Shown here piece after piece: positions 30,012-39,859 of a stretch of DNA of 64,000 nucleotides (position 1 is its first letter; each line of letters opens with the position of its first letter). This DNA comes from Flavobacteriia bacterium. GTDB taxonomy: Bacteria; Bacteroidota; Bacteroidia; Flavobacteriales_D; Crocinitomicaceae. The position numbers and the translations under genes are program-made. The DNA is taken from positions 5,049 to 69,048 of the forward strand of contig CANGOF010000001.1 in NCBI GenBank assembly GCA_947455515.1. The letters run 5' to 3'. Under the pieces are notes generated by a model that saw only the letters and a program-made list of their open reading frames with translations, made no database searches and was not told the origin of the DNA.

Positions 30012-33000
30012 TTAAATGTTCTCTAAATCAATTTGTCTTACTCCACCAAAGAACTTAATTACAGTTTCTCCAACGCCTGGAACTTCCACATGAATTAGAT
30101 AAACCCCACTAGCAATTGGAATAGCCAAATTGTTTTTCATATCCCAATCAATATAATAAACTCTTTTTTCAGTTTCATCAGCAGTATGGTCTATTTTGAA
30201 TGTACGAATTAATTTACCACTCAAGTTATAAATATTCACATTACATTTAGCAGGCAAATTTGTAATCTTTACACGAGTATCTAATCTGTTTTTTTCATAC
30301 TCAGAGTAAGCATAATAAGGATTTGGTACAACATTAACTAATGACAACTCATTTTTTCTTTGATCCTGACTTGCTACTTCAGTAGCAATTTCATCCATAG
30401 ACCATCCATACATTGGTTGCCCATTATTTTTACCAGTAGCAACATAGTCATTGTATTGTTTAGCTAATCTAGTTTTAATTACAACATCTGTAGAAAGTAA
30501 TTCTTTATTTTTTGATAAGATAGGATTAACAACCCATAACAAGCTGGTATAAGCATTTACTAAAGAGTTAATATCACCTAATTTAAGGTTATCGTATACC
30601 CAATTGTTAACACCATCATAGAAAGGACAGTTTCTATTTTGATTAGCGTAGGAATGAACTTTTACACCAAAAATATAAATAGGATGCTGCCCCCCTAAGT
30701 GAGGTTGACCATTATCATCGTACAATACATTAGAAGGATTCCAAATCATATCACGACCATTGTCTTTAAATAAGAAAGAATTCTCCCCAAAAGCCATGTG
30801 TAAACGAACACCAGTTTCAACATCAATAGCGTAACCAGGAAACCAACCCATTCCTGAAGAACCACTTATAATGTTACCGTTTTTGTCAACACTAGCTCCT
30901 TTACGTAACATTCCCGCTTCCGCACCACCTTCAGTAAGTGAAGGATTTCTACCTAATTCAATAACTGCACATCGAGTCCATTTACTTGTATCTGAAGTTA
31001 TAACTAAATCTATACTTGGCGTTCTTATAATAGAAGCTTTTTCTCTCAAGTCATCTCTATAAGAAGGTGATGCAATAGAACTTGGATATGCAAGCGGCAT
31101 ATATTCAGATTGGTAACCAACTAAACAATGCGGAGCAATACCACCACCTAACAATTTGGAATATTTTTGATCTTTATCCAACCAAACCTGAGCTGGATGT
31201 ATAGAATTATCCGCACCATAAGATGCATCTGGAAAATAGAATGGATTGTTATACCCTAATTTAGGATTATTATCTGTAGGTAAAATTTGATGACTACCTG
31301 AACGAATCCAGTTGGATGGATTATATGCATCATTATCATTAACGAAAGACAACCATTTTTTAGTGGAATCAGCAAAATTAATAGTAGCTGAAATTGGGTC
31401 AGAATACTGTCTGTATTCATAAGTAGAACTCATATTAGCATCTAATTTTACATAATTAGTTTGCGTTATCTGAACGGAAACTCCCCATTTTGGAATCAAC
31501 TGTTCATTATTTACAGCAATTGTATTTTCAGAAAGTACTGAATCTAATAACACGCCGCCATTTTTACTATTATATTGGTAAATAACCCAAGATGCTGTAT
31601 CCACAGCATCATTATTAATCGCATCATTGGTTTGGTTACTTGCAACTTTATAATTTCTGAATTTACATTCAAAATATCCCTTAGCTAAATTTAAAGGATC
31701 AATTACCTTTATATTTAAAGGTCCTTTGCCATAATCGTAGGTTGGATTTTCAAATTTACCTTTCGAAATTATTTGATCTAATGAGCTTTTAACCAACTCT
31801 ACAGCTCTTCCTCCATTTCCTCTACCATCTAAACGAGTAATTTGAGGTGTATAACCAAAATCTGCTTTTTTAACAACATTTTCAGCTATAGGTTTATGAG
31901 GAATAGACATTACGGGATTAATTTTCCCTCCATCGTAACCAGTTCTTGACATGATAAATGGAATTTTTTGACCATCTGTAAAACCAGGCTCATCAGGAAT
32001 GTATGTTTTATAATTATTATATGCATAAGCTACAGCTATGTAATAATACGATTTATTATTCGCAAGGTTTGTATTTGTGAACAAATCAGTTTTAACTGAA
32101 AAACTATGTTTGATACCTTGGTCGTTACCTTTGACTTTTAAGATAGGAACCGAAATTCCAAAATCTTCATCAAATTCATAATTAATAATTTTTGATACCC
32201 CATTTTTGATATCGCATTGAGCAACTAATCGAGCATTATCTGTATTATACAAATCAGTTGATGAAACCTTCTCAGATTTAGCTTGGTAAATCATATATCC
32301 TTCAAAATGGTAGAATTTATCCTTATAACTTGGATCAATGGATACATCTTTTTGTATATAATTCTCACCAACGTTATTAGATGGCTTAGGATTACTGAGT
32401 GTTAAAATCAATTCTTTGTCCAATTCTTGAACCGATAATTTAGGAGCACTTGGTGGTTCCAATATTTTAAAACAATTATCAAATAATTGTTGTGCTTTCG
32501 TATCTGCCACTCTTAAAGAATTTACAGAAGCTAACAACCCACTTTCCGTACTACGTGCATAAACTATACCAACGGTAATGTTATTGATTGCCCCTGGTTT
32601 AAGTGTAAAAGGTCCAGCAGATTGAACAAAACGTCTGTCACCTTTAGGATTACCTTCTGAAATTTCAGACCAATCTTTTTGACCTGGATTAATACCGGCT
32701 GTACTCCAATTTAATGTATCTGAATCACCAGGGAACATATAGTCAGCAGGAATTGTAGTTACCTTTGGACCGCCAGGAAATCCAGAACCTCCAAACATTG
32801 TTTTATCACCAAATCTCCACTTACCATTCATGTAGTTGTAAAACTGACCAGCAGTAGAAGGGTCAGTAACCGATTGATTCGAAGAACCTGAACCAGTGTA
32901 GTAAGTAAAGCGTTTCATACCATAACGTTCATTATCCACTATACCATCCCCATAACCAATCCCTAAACCAGCGTAAACGATACCTTTATTTGCGATAGCA

Positions 33001-34241
33001 ACTTGAACGGTAGGTTTTGTAAAATTTCCGGATTTGTCAAAATGAGGGCCAGGATTGTCTATTCCATCAGCATCTTGATATGGACCTTCAAAGAAATCTA
33101 CCCCGATTGCAGGAGGATTTGCTCCATAACCTAATTTACCTGCAAATGATTCGTCATTATCATCCGCATTGTAACAGAATCCCAAACCACGAGTAACATC
33201 ACAACCTACATAATCATCACTATAGTTACCCAAGTCTGGATCGACATATTGCGCAAAATAGGTGTTGTATAATGTTTGTGTACTTCTATTAATCATTTCA
33301 TAATTATAGAAAGTCATACGGTTAATTTGATCTGTTGTAGTAAAGGTAAAAGCTTGTGCACGAATTTCCATCCCAATTGGCTCACCATTTGTTTCTGTGT
33401 GAATGTTTCCCTTATCATTAAAAATCCACCAGTTTGTTTCGTCTCCAAATAAAGAAACACGACGATCGCTACCACAAATAATATCATCTTTATTTAAGAT
33501 ATCATCGTACCAAGGATAATCTCCGTCATTTAATGGATCGTACCAACCATCTTTACCATCCTTACATTCTGCATTGTCATAAAAAGGAGCTAAATAATGA
33601 TCTTGAAATAACGTTTCATCCCCATGTGCAGGCCAAGAATAAATACGATTTAACACTTCATTCGATGGTGTACTAACAGTTAAACATAAATCAGTGTTTG
33701 ATTTCAATCCTTTACAAGCTTCCCACCAAGTTGCGAATTGAATTACTTCTGCTTTTCGAATAGTGAAAAATTTATCGTAAGCTTCACATTCTTTAGTACC
33801 AATGTTCGCATCCCCAAAATCCTTTACTGAATTATCGCCTAATGGAACTTTAGGATTATAATTACCACTATTTGGTTTTGAAGTTAAAGGTCCAGTCCAA
33901 AAGTCATTTCCAGTTGAACGGTATTTTTGAGCAGCGATTTTTAATTGATTATTCACATCAACTCCCCCCATCCATAAAGACGCTGCATAAATTGCCGTCA
34001 ATCCTGTATGTGCAGGTACTTCATACGTACCAATACCATTTGATCTATCTAAGAACAACATTCCACCAGTTTCTAACAAAGCACTAACGTCATTAAACGA
34101 CAAACGAAGCGTTGTACTTGATGGAGCACATCCGGATTTATTTACGTGTTTTTGTGCATTTCCTTTTTTTCCGAAATCATAATCGTACGAAAAACCTATT
34201 GTGCTAAGCGTAAAAGATAACGCGATTACTAAATATTTCAT
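30012..34241 (-). CDS. 1409-aa secreted protein with a T9SS C-terminal sorting domain; body of unknown function
   Basis: N-terminal signal peptide. The last ~90 aa (VVPNPYYAYSEYE..RVKITNLPAKCNVNIYNLSGKLIRTF....WDMKNN..IPIASGVYLIHVEV...GETVIKFFG) follow the Por_Secre_tail/FlgD-Ig-like pattern. I recognise no catalytic motif. Confidence 0.6.
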   Translation of the reverse strand: MKYLVIALSFTLSTIGFSYDYDFGKKGNAQKHVNKSGCAPSSTTLRLSFNDVSALLETGGMLFLDRSNGIGTYEVPAHTGLTAIYAASLWMGGVDVNNQLKIAAQKYRSTGNDFWTGPLTSKPNSGNYNPKVPLGDNSVKDFGDANIGTKECEAYDKFFTIRKAEVIQFATWWEACKGLKSNTDLCLTVSTPSNEVLNRIYSWPAHGDETLFQDHYLAPFYDNAECKDGKDGWYDPLNDGDYPWYDDILNKDDIICGSDRRVSLFGDETNWWIFNDKGNIHTETNGEPIGMEIRAQAFTFTTTDQINRMTFYNYEMINRSTQTLYNTYFAQYVDPDLGNYSDDYVGCDVTRGLGFCYNADDNDESFAGKLGYGANPPAIGVDFFEGPYQDADGIDNPGPHFDKSGNFTKPTVQVAIANKGIVYAGLGIGYGDGIVDNERYGMKRFTYYTGSGSSNQSVTDPSTAGQFYNYMNGKWRFGDKTMFGGSGFPGGPKVTTIPADYMFPGDSDTLNWSTAGINPGQKDWSEISEGNPKGDRRFVQSAGPFTLKPGAINNITVGIVYARSTESGLLASVNSLRVADTKAQQLFDNCFKILEPPSAPKLSVQELDKELILTLSNPKPSNNVGENYIQKDVSIDPSYKDKFYHFEGYMIYQAKSEKVSSTDLYNTDNARLVAQCDIKNGVSKIINYEFDEDFGISVPILKVKGNDQGIKHSFSVKTDLFTNTNLANNKSYYYIAVAYAYNNYKTYIPDEPGFTDGQKIPFIMSRTGYDGGKINPVMSIPHKPIAENVVKKADFGYTPQITRLDGRGNGGRAVELVKSSLDQIISKGKFENPTYDYGKGPLNIKVIDPLNLAKGYFECKFRNYKVASNQTNDAINNDAVDTASWVIYQYNSKNGGVLLDSVLSENTIAVNNEQLIPKWGVSVQITQTNYVKLDANMSSTYEYRQYSDPISATINFADSTKKWLSFVNDNDAYNPSNWIRSGSHQILPTDNNPKLGYNNPFYFPDASYGADNSIHPAQVWLDKDQKYSKLLGGGIAPHCLVGYQSEYMPLAYPSSIASPSYRDDLREKASIIRTPSIDLVITSDTSKWTRCAVIELGRNPSLTEGGAEAGMLRKGASVDKNGNIISGSSGMGWFPGYAIDVETGVRLHMAFGENSFLFKDNGRDMIWNPSNVLYDDNGQPHLGGQHPIYIFGVKVHSYANQNRNCPFYDGVNNWVYDNLKLGDINSLVNAYTSLLWVVNPILSKNKELLSTDVVIKTRLAKQYNDYVATGKNNGQPMYGWSMDEIATEVASQDQRKNELSLVNVVPNPYYAYSEYEKNRLDTRVKITNLPAKCNVNIYNLSGKLIRTFKIDHTADETEKRVYYIDWDMKNNLAIPIASGVYLIHVEVPGVGETVIKFFGGVRQIDLENI

Positions 34242-34268
34242 GGTTATGTATTTTAAGTAATATTCTTA

Positions 34269-37200
34269 TTAAAAATCAAATCTAACTCCCAAACGAATGG
34301 TACGTGGCGAACTTATATTGAAAGCATTTTGAACTTTCATTGTATAATAATCTCTAAACGATTTCTCGTCATATTGATTTTGAATGGATTGTTGAAATTG
34401 AGATGCAGCTAAATATCCATCATCATTCCAGTTACCTGTAGCTCTATAAACATTAATTACGTTAAATTGATTTAATAAATTTGTTGCTCTAATGTATACA
34501 TTTAAGAAAACAGTTTTATCTTTATTTAAAGTTGCATCACCAGCAGTTGCGGATCTATCTTTGATTTTTATTTCAATATTTCGATCTAATTGTATATCCA
34601 TTCTGTATGACCAAGGTTTACGTGAACCATTCAATGTACCTGTCATACCAGATGCTAATGGACTAATTGCCGCAGCATTTGTAATTGTAGACTGAGAAGA
34701 ATAAGGATTACCAGAATAAATATTTGAAGTTATATTAATACCAGTATTTTCAAATAATTTAATACCTGCTATCTCTGGACCATTGTATTTTTTACCACTT
34801 CCATAACGGTAATCAGTTACGATGTTAAATTGATGTCTTGTATCGTAATCATAAGGAAAGATATTACGAAGGTTTGGTTGACCCGCATTAATAAATGAAG
34901 CCACAGAAGCTGCATCTGTACCAGTTCCATCCGCAAATTGCAAGGTATAGTTTGCTGTTAACCTAATGTTTCCTGTTCTTCTCAAGTCATATGCAATTGT
35001 TAATCCTTTTACTGTACCAAAATCTCTGTTTCCGTATGTTTTGTATGCTTTTGGATAAGCCTCAAACATATTTATTAATTGTACTTGATTACGTTGTTCT
35101 CTATAGTAAGAAGAAATTTTAATAGAGGAACTTGCAGATAATACTTGTTGGAATCCCAATTCATAATCAATAGTTGTTTCAGGTTTCAAGTTAGGATTAT
35201 TGATTGTTGGGGAAGAAGTAACAGCTAAAAATTGGTACTCTGTTGGATCAAATCGAGTTGCAGTAGTTGGGCGTTTCGTTAATATATCATAATGTGCGAA
35301 GAATAATGCTTTATCTGAAATAGGAAATGAGAATGAAAAACGAGGCATAAAGTTCACCTGAGGTTTGTAAGCTTCAAATGCTGAAGCATTAATTGTTTTT
35401 ACATTAGGATCCGTTAACCAAGGAGAAATTCCTCCAGGTCCTTCCAAAGATTTAGGATTCTCAACTGGAACACCTTGTGCATTATACCAAGTTGAACCTG
35501 AACGGTACCCCATTATCGACGTTGGGTTTTTAATATCGTTTACATAGACCACATAATTATCACCCATTGTGGATGGAATAATACTATTTTTACTGTCATC
35601 TGCTAACCAAGTATGCGTGGTTGGTTCTTTACTGTAAATCGCTTTTGCTTGAGCTACAGTATTTGCATTAAATAATAAATAAGGATCTTTAAGAACAGGT
35701 TGATTTGCATCAAATGCATCAATACGAAGACCTACGTTAAAAATTAAATCATTTACAGAAAATTTATCCATAATATAACCAGCTACATAAATTGGTTGAA
35801 ATGCACCTATTGCACGTTTATAGTTACCATGCTCATCAAATTTTGTAAAATAATCATTGATATCGGTTTTACCATACGTTTTATTTCCAGCAACGTCGTA
35901 TCCATAGTAAGATATCAATTTATTTCCTTGGTTCATTAATTCATCTGCTGAGAACATATCAACGGAAAGTAGACTTGGGTCAATTCTATCTAAATCAACA
36001 TACGAATTATTTGCACCACCACCTGGTAGGTGTAGTTTATTTCTCAAATTAAAATCAAAAAAAGATTGATTTTCTTGCATTGTTGAATCACCTCCTGAAA
36101 ATTTAGTACGAGCATAATCCCCACCAAAAACTCCATTATGGTGATATGCGTACCCAGAATTTAAGTTATCATAATTAATTTGCTTATAATTTCCCATGTT
36201 GATAACATGACCTTGCGTAGTATCTAATGATTTATTATGGAAGTTTGTTAGTTGCCTTGCAATTGTCCATAAACTTGCCGGATTTGAAACACCCCAAGAT
36301 CTATCAAATCGTTGCTCAAATTCAAAACCTAAGGAAATTTTATGGCCACCTATTACAACATTTCCATTACCAGTAACACGGAATTGTTCGTTTTGAGATT
36401 TACCCATATAACTATAAGGGGTTCCAATGTTATTCCATAAATCATATACGTTATTTGGAGAATCTCCATTAAATAAAGCGTTACCTTGTTGCACTTGTTG
36501 TCTATTTTCTGTGTGCCCTGAAGGATTGTTTGCATAAATAGAAAAATATTGAGAAGTGATTGCTGCCAAAGATGGATTATAAATTGACGGAGTAAAATCA
36601 ACTTTCGTTTCTTGCCAAGAATTTTGGGATTCTACAAGAGTACTGTAATTCATTTTGTATGTAGGAATTCTTGTTGTAGCAAGCGTTCCTACATGACCAT
36701 ACTCAAAAGCATTGTACTTAAATCTATTATCGTAATAATTACCAGTACTACTTGAATAATCTACCATCAAAGTATAACTTGCACTTTTAATTAATGCACT
36801 AGAATCGTTAAAATCAAAACGTTGACTTAAACGTCCATACACCCTGAAGTCAGAAGTTATTGCATCTCCAAAATTTGTAAAATTTAATAAGGAACTTCTA
36901 TAATTATATTCCTTTCCGTTATTATAGTTAAACGTTCCACCAAAAGTCAAGTTAATTGTAGGACCTAATTTCACGTCCACTTTAGCATTAGAAGTAAATG
37001 TAGATTTTCTTGCATTCATTCTCCAAGCATTTTGCTCAAAATCGGAAGAACGTAAAAAATTCGCAGCATGTAATGGAACTTTACCATCTGGCTGAGCAAC
37101 CAAAGGATGTGCCAAAATTTCGTCTCTTACTTCTTTTTTTATCCTATACCCACCTCCGTTTGCCAAAGGACGATCATCTAATTGATCCGTGTAATTTGCA

Positions 37201-38153
37201 GAAATTAAAAAACCTAATAATGGCTTATCTTTATTACCTAATGAATCTTTTGTAAATAATAAAGGACCAGAAAGCATACCTTCTGCTAAATTGTACCCGT
37301 ACTTATCTAAACCAAACACTTTACCATCGTAACCATTTGCATCTTTCCCTTTAAAATACAAGCCTGAACTTACAATTTCGGCACTTCCAAAATATTTAGA
37401 AGAAGGACCACGAGTTGTTACAGAAATAATACCTCCTGTAGCATCTCCATAATTCGCTGGAATACCTCCTGTCATAACCGAAACTTCTTCTAAAGCACTT
37501 TTAGGCAAATTCAATCCTCCACGAACTTTAATATTATCAATATAAGTATAACTTGTACCTTCTCCAGTACCAGATCCACGCATACTAATTTTACCATCGC
37601 CTTCATTTGTATTTGCACCAGCCATTGTAGCTACAACTCCTTCAATACTACGTGTTGGTAATGCAGCAATTTCTTCTCTTGTTTTTGTGTCTCCAGAAGG
37701 ACCACCATCCCTTTCAATAAGTGGTTTTTTATAAATCTTAACCACAGTTTCTGTTAACATTTTTTCTTTTTCTTTTGCAGTCAAAGGCTTCGCTCCTGGT
37801 TTAGTTTCCTCTTCTAATTTCGGTTTATTCAAATAAAAGGTTTCTGGATAATTAATTTTATTTCCAGAAACAACAAAACCTTCCAATTTCACATCTTGAT
37901 AACCATCTATGGTTTTAGAAACGATAATATCATATGTTCCTGCAGGAATCTCACCCATACGAAATTCTCCATTAAAATCCGTTTTGGCGATTCGAACAGT
38001 TTCTGTCCCTGACTTCAACAACACTTTAGCGTCAAAAATCGCTTCCGTTTTATTAACACCATCCATTACAGTTCCTATAATTTCATTCTGAGAAAAACTA
38101 TAAGCTACTGACAAAAAAACAGTTGCAACTAATAAAGAGAGCTTACGTACCAT
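34269..38153 (-). CDS. Outsized TonB-dependent-receptor-like outer-membrane protein (CarboxypepD_reg + plug + very long barrel)
   Basis: Signal peptide from the ATG at 38153 (MVRKLSLLVATVFLSVAYSFSQ). Prealbumin-like domain (IIGTVMDG...FNGEFRMGEIPAGTYDIIVS) and plug (ISMRGSG...IDNIKVRGG...VSVMTGGIPANYGDATGGIISVTTRG). C-terminus RTIRLGVRFDF. Confidence 0.75.
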   Translation of the reverse strand: MVRKLSLLVATVFLSVAYSFSQNEIIGTVMDGVNKTEAIFDAKVLLKSGTETVRIAKTDFNGEFRMGEIPAGTYDIIVSKTIDGYQDVKLEGFVVSGNKINYPETFYLNKPKLEEETKPGAKPLTAKEKEKMLTETVVKIYKKPLIERDGGPSGDTKTREEIAALPTRSIEGVVATMAGANTNEGDGKISMRGSGTGEGTSYTYIDNIKVRGGLNLPKSALEEVSVMTGGIPANYGDATGGIISVTTRGPSSKYFGSAEIVSSGLYFKGKDANGYDGKVFGLDKYGYNLAEGMLSGPLLFTKDSLGNKDKPLLGFLISANYTDQLDDRPLANGGGYRIKKEVRDEILAHPLVAQPDGKVPLHAANFLRSSDFEQNAWRMNARKSTFTSNAKVDVKLGPTINLTFGGTFNYNNGKEYNYRSSLLNFTNFGDAITSDFRVYGRLSQRFDFNDSSALIKSASYTLMVDYSSSTGNYYDNRFKYNAFEYGHVGTLATTRIPTYKMNYSTLVESQNSWQETKVDFTPSIYNPSLAAITSQYFSIYANNPSGHTENRQQVQQGNALFNGDSPNNVYDLWNNIGTPYSYMGKSQNEQFRVTGNGNVVIGGHKISLGFEFEQRFDRSWGVSNPASLWTIARQLTNFHNKSLDTTQGHVINMGNYKQINYDNLNSGYAYHHNGVFGGDYARTKFSGGDSTMQENQSFFDFNLRNKLHLPGGGANNSYVDLDRIDPSLLSVDMFSADELMNQGNKLISYYGYDVAGNKTYGKTDINDYFTKFDEHGNYKRAIGAFQPIYVAGYIMDKFSVNDLIFNVGLRIDAFDANQPVLKDPYLLFNANTVAQAKAIYSKEPTTHTWLADDSKNSIIPSTMGDNYVVYVNDIKNPTSIMGYRSGSTWYNAQGVPVENPKSLEGPGGISPWLTDPNVKTINASAFEAYKPQVNFMPRFSFSFPISDKALFFAHYDILTKRPTTATRFDPTEYQFLAVTSSPTINNPNLKPETTIDYELGFQQVLSASSSIKISSYYREQRNQVQLINMFEAYPKAYKTYGNRDFGTVKGLTIAYDLRRTGNIRLTANYTLQFADGTGTDAASVASFINAGQPNLRNIFPYDYDTRHQFNIVTDYRYGSGKKYNGPEIAGIKLFENTGINITSNIYSGNPYSSQSTITNAAAISPLASGMTGTLNGSRKPWSYRMDIQLDRNIEIKIKDRSATAGDATLNKDKTVFLNVYIRATNLLNQFNVINVYRATGNWNDDGYLAASQFQQSIQNQYDEKSFRDYYTMKVQNAFNISSPRTIRLGVRFDF

Positions 38154-38342
38154 ATCTAAAAAAATTAAATTTTTTATAAATTGAGAACTATTCACACGAA
38201 AAGTGCAAAAAATCAAATGCAAAGAAAGTAGAAAAAAACCGGTTAACAAAATTTAACTTATAATTTCTTTTAAACAATTTTAACAATTCGTTAAAATGTA
38301 GTGTGTGTAATTTTCACAATCTTCTTATTTCTTTTTTGTATG

Positions 38343-38350
38343 TAATTTTG
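38343..38350 (+). promoter_or_regulatory. Bacteroidetes-type -7 promoter box (TAATTTTG)
   Basis: Exact TAnnTTTG match only 5 nt upstream of the ATG at 38355. Confidence 0.35.
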
Positions 38351-38354
38351 TGTT

Positions 38355-38972
38355 ATGCAAACAACAAGGGAAATCTTTTCATTCTCGAAAAAGAATACAC
38401 ATGTTTACCTTATCAAAAACAATAGTATAAAATCTACCGATGTAGATGAACTACAATTGGAAGACGACGAAATAAGAAAATTCGTTGCCTTTCAAAGTGA
38501 AAAAAGAAAAAAAGAATTCATTGCCATTAGGATAATAGTAAATAAAATACTCCCTGGGAAAAAAATCAAATATAAATCTACTGGAGCCCCCTACTTTGAA
38601 GACCATTCATTCTCTTTGTCCATAACGCACACCAAAGAATATGTTGCCATTGGAATAAGCTCAGAAAAGAGAGTAGGTATTGATATTGAAACCGTACAAG
38701 AAAAGATCATACATTTGGGAGTGAAATTCATGCATCCTATAGAAATCAAATCGGTAAATGAAATCGATTTAGCAAAATATTACACCCGCTATTGGTGTGC
38801 AAAAGAAGCCCTATACAAATGGTCGAATATTACTGGGTTAAGTTTTCAGAATGACTTACCTATCTATAATCAAAATGACATTTGGTCTGGTAGATCCTTA
38901 AAAATTTCTAACGAAATTATCCCTTTAGAAATGATCGAAATCGGCGAACATATACTTTGTTTTACTTATTAA
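38355..38972 (+). CDS. 4'-phosphopantetheinyl transferase (Sfp-type)
   Basis: GIDIE metal-binding motif (RVGIDIETV) and WCAKEALYKW, the two hallmark PPTase motifs. Confidence 0.8.
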   Translation: MQTTREIFSFSKKNTHVYLIKNNSIKSTDVDELQLEDDEIRKFVAFQSEKRKKEFIAIRIIVNKILPGKKIKYKSTGAPYFEDHSFSLSITHTKEYVAIGISSEKRVGIDIETVQEKIIHLGVKFMHPIEIKSVNEIDLAKYYTRYWCAKEALYKWSNITGLSFQNDLPIYNQNDIWSGRSLKISNEIIPLEMIEIGEHILCFTY

Positions 38973-38982
38973 TAACTCTCAG

Positions 38983-39750
38983 ATGAATTCTTCTACTACT
39001 TTACTTCAACAAATAGAAAACTCGAATGGAAATATTGCCATTCTAATTGATCCCGAAAAAACGAACACTTCATCTACCCTACTTCCAATAATTCAAAAAT
39101 CACACCAAGTTGGTGTTACGTTTTTTTTTGTCGGAGGTAGTACCGTAAGAAAAAAAGATATAGAGTTTGTAGTAAATTTTATAAAAAAAGAAAGTGAGAT
39201 TCCTGTTATTTTATTTCCAGGTTCAAACCAACAGTTTACACCTTATGCTGATGGAATTTTATATCTGAGTTTATTATCTGGAAGAAATCCAAAATACTTA
39301 ATAGAGCAACATATTGAAAATGCTTTAGAAGTTTATCAATCTAATGTAGAAATACTACCAACGGCCTACTTAGTAATTGATGGAGAAAATGACAGTTCGG
39401 TTACTAAAGTAAGTCAAACAAAACCAATCAAAAGAAAAGATAATAAATTAGCACTAAAAACTTCGTTAGCAGGTATACTTCAAGGCAAAAAAATCATTTA
39501 TTTAGACTCAGGTAGTGGTGCAAAAAAATCTGTTCCATTAACAATAATAAAAGAAATAAAAAAATATACAAAAGCACCAATAATAATAGGAGGAGGTGTC
39601 AATTCAACTAAAAAATTAATTTCATTTAAAAATTTAGGTGTATCTATAATTGTAATAGGTAATAAAATTGAAAATGATTTAAATTTTTTTAATGAAATTA
39701 ATAGTTTTATTTCGAATAAAAACGATATAAAAATCGACATTAAAAACTAA
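38983..39750 (+). CDS. Geranylgeranylglyceryl/heptaprenylglyceryl phosphate synthase family protein (PcrB/GGGPS)
   Basis: TIM-barrel blocks IDPEK, FFFVGGS, ILFPGS, LSLLSGRNP, IYLDSGSGA and PIIIGGGVNS match the GGGPS family layout. Confidence 0.8.
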   Translation: MNSSTTLLQQIENSNGNIAILIDPEKTNTSSTLLPIIQKSHQVGVTFFFVGGSTVRKKDIEFVVNFIKKESEIPVILFPGSNQQFTPYADGILYLSLLSGRNPKYLIEQHIENALEVYQSNVEILPTAYLVIDGENDSSVTKVSQTKPIKRKDNKLALKTSLAGILQGKKIIYLDSGSGAKKSVPLTIIKEIKKYTKAPIIIGGGVNSTKKLISFKNLGVSIIVIGNKIENDLNFFNEINSFISNKNDIKIDIKN

Positions 39751-39859
39751 AAAATCAGTAATTTAATTTAAGTCAAATTGTCATGCAATAAAAGGGGAAT
39801 GATAATTGATAATGTAAGAAAAGAAAAAAGCTATTATTCAACTTACAAGCAAACTTTAG

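Noticed and set aside
30012-34241. Interpretation of the 1409-aa protein as PorU, because it sits next to a PorV-like gene and has a similar size.
   Set aside because: I recognise no gingipain/C25-type His-Cys catalytic context, and the overall composition does not resemble PorU as I recall it. A profile search is still needed to settle this.
34269-38153. A classical SusC/SusD polysaccharide utilisation locus.
   Set aside because: The downstream gene is not a ~500-600-aa lipoprotein with a SusD-like TPR fold. No glycoside hydrolases or hybrid two-component or ECF/anti-sigma regulators flank the operon.
38154-38249. A 32-codon N-terminal extension of the TBDR-like ORF (MLTGFFLLSLHLIFCTFRVNSS...).
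   Set aside because: The internal Met at 38153 is followed directly by a canonical signal peptide (MVRKLSLLVATVFLSVAYSFSQ). The extension would bury that signal peptide.
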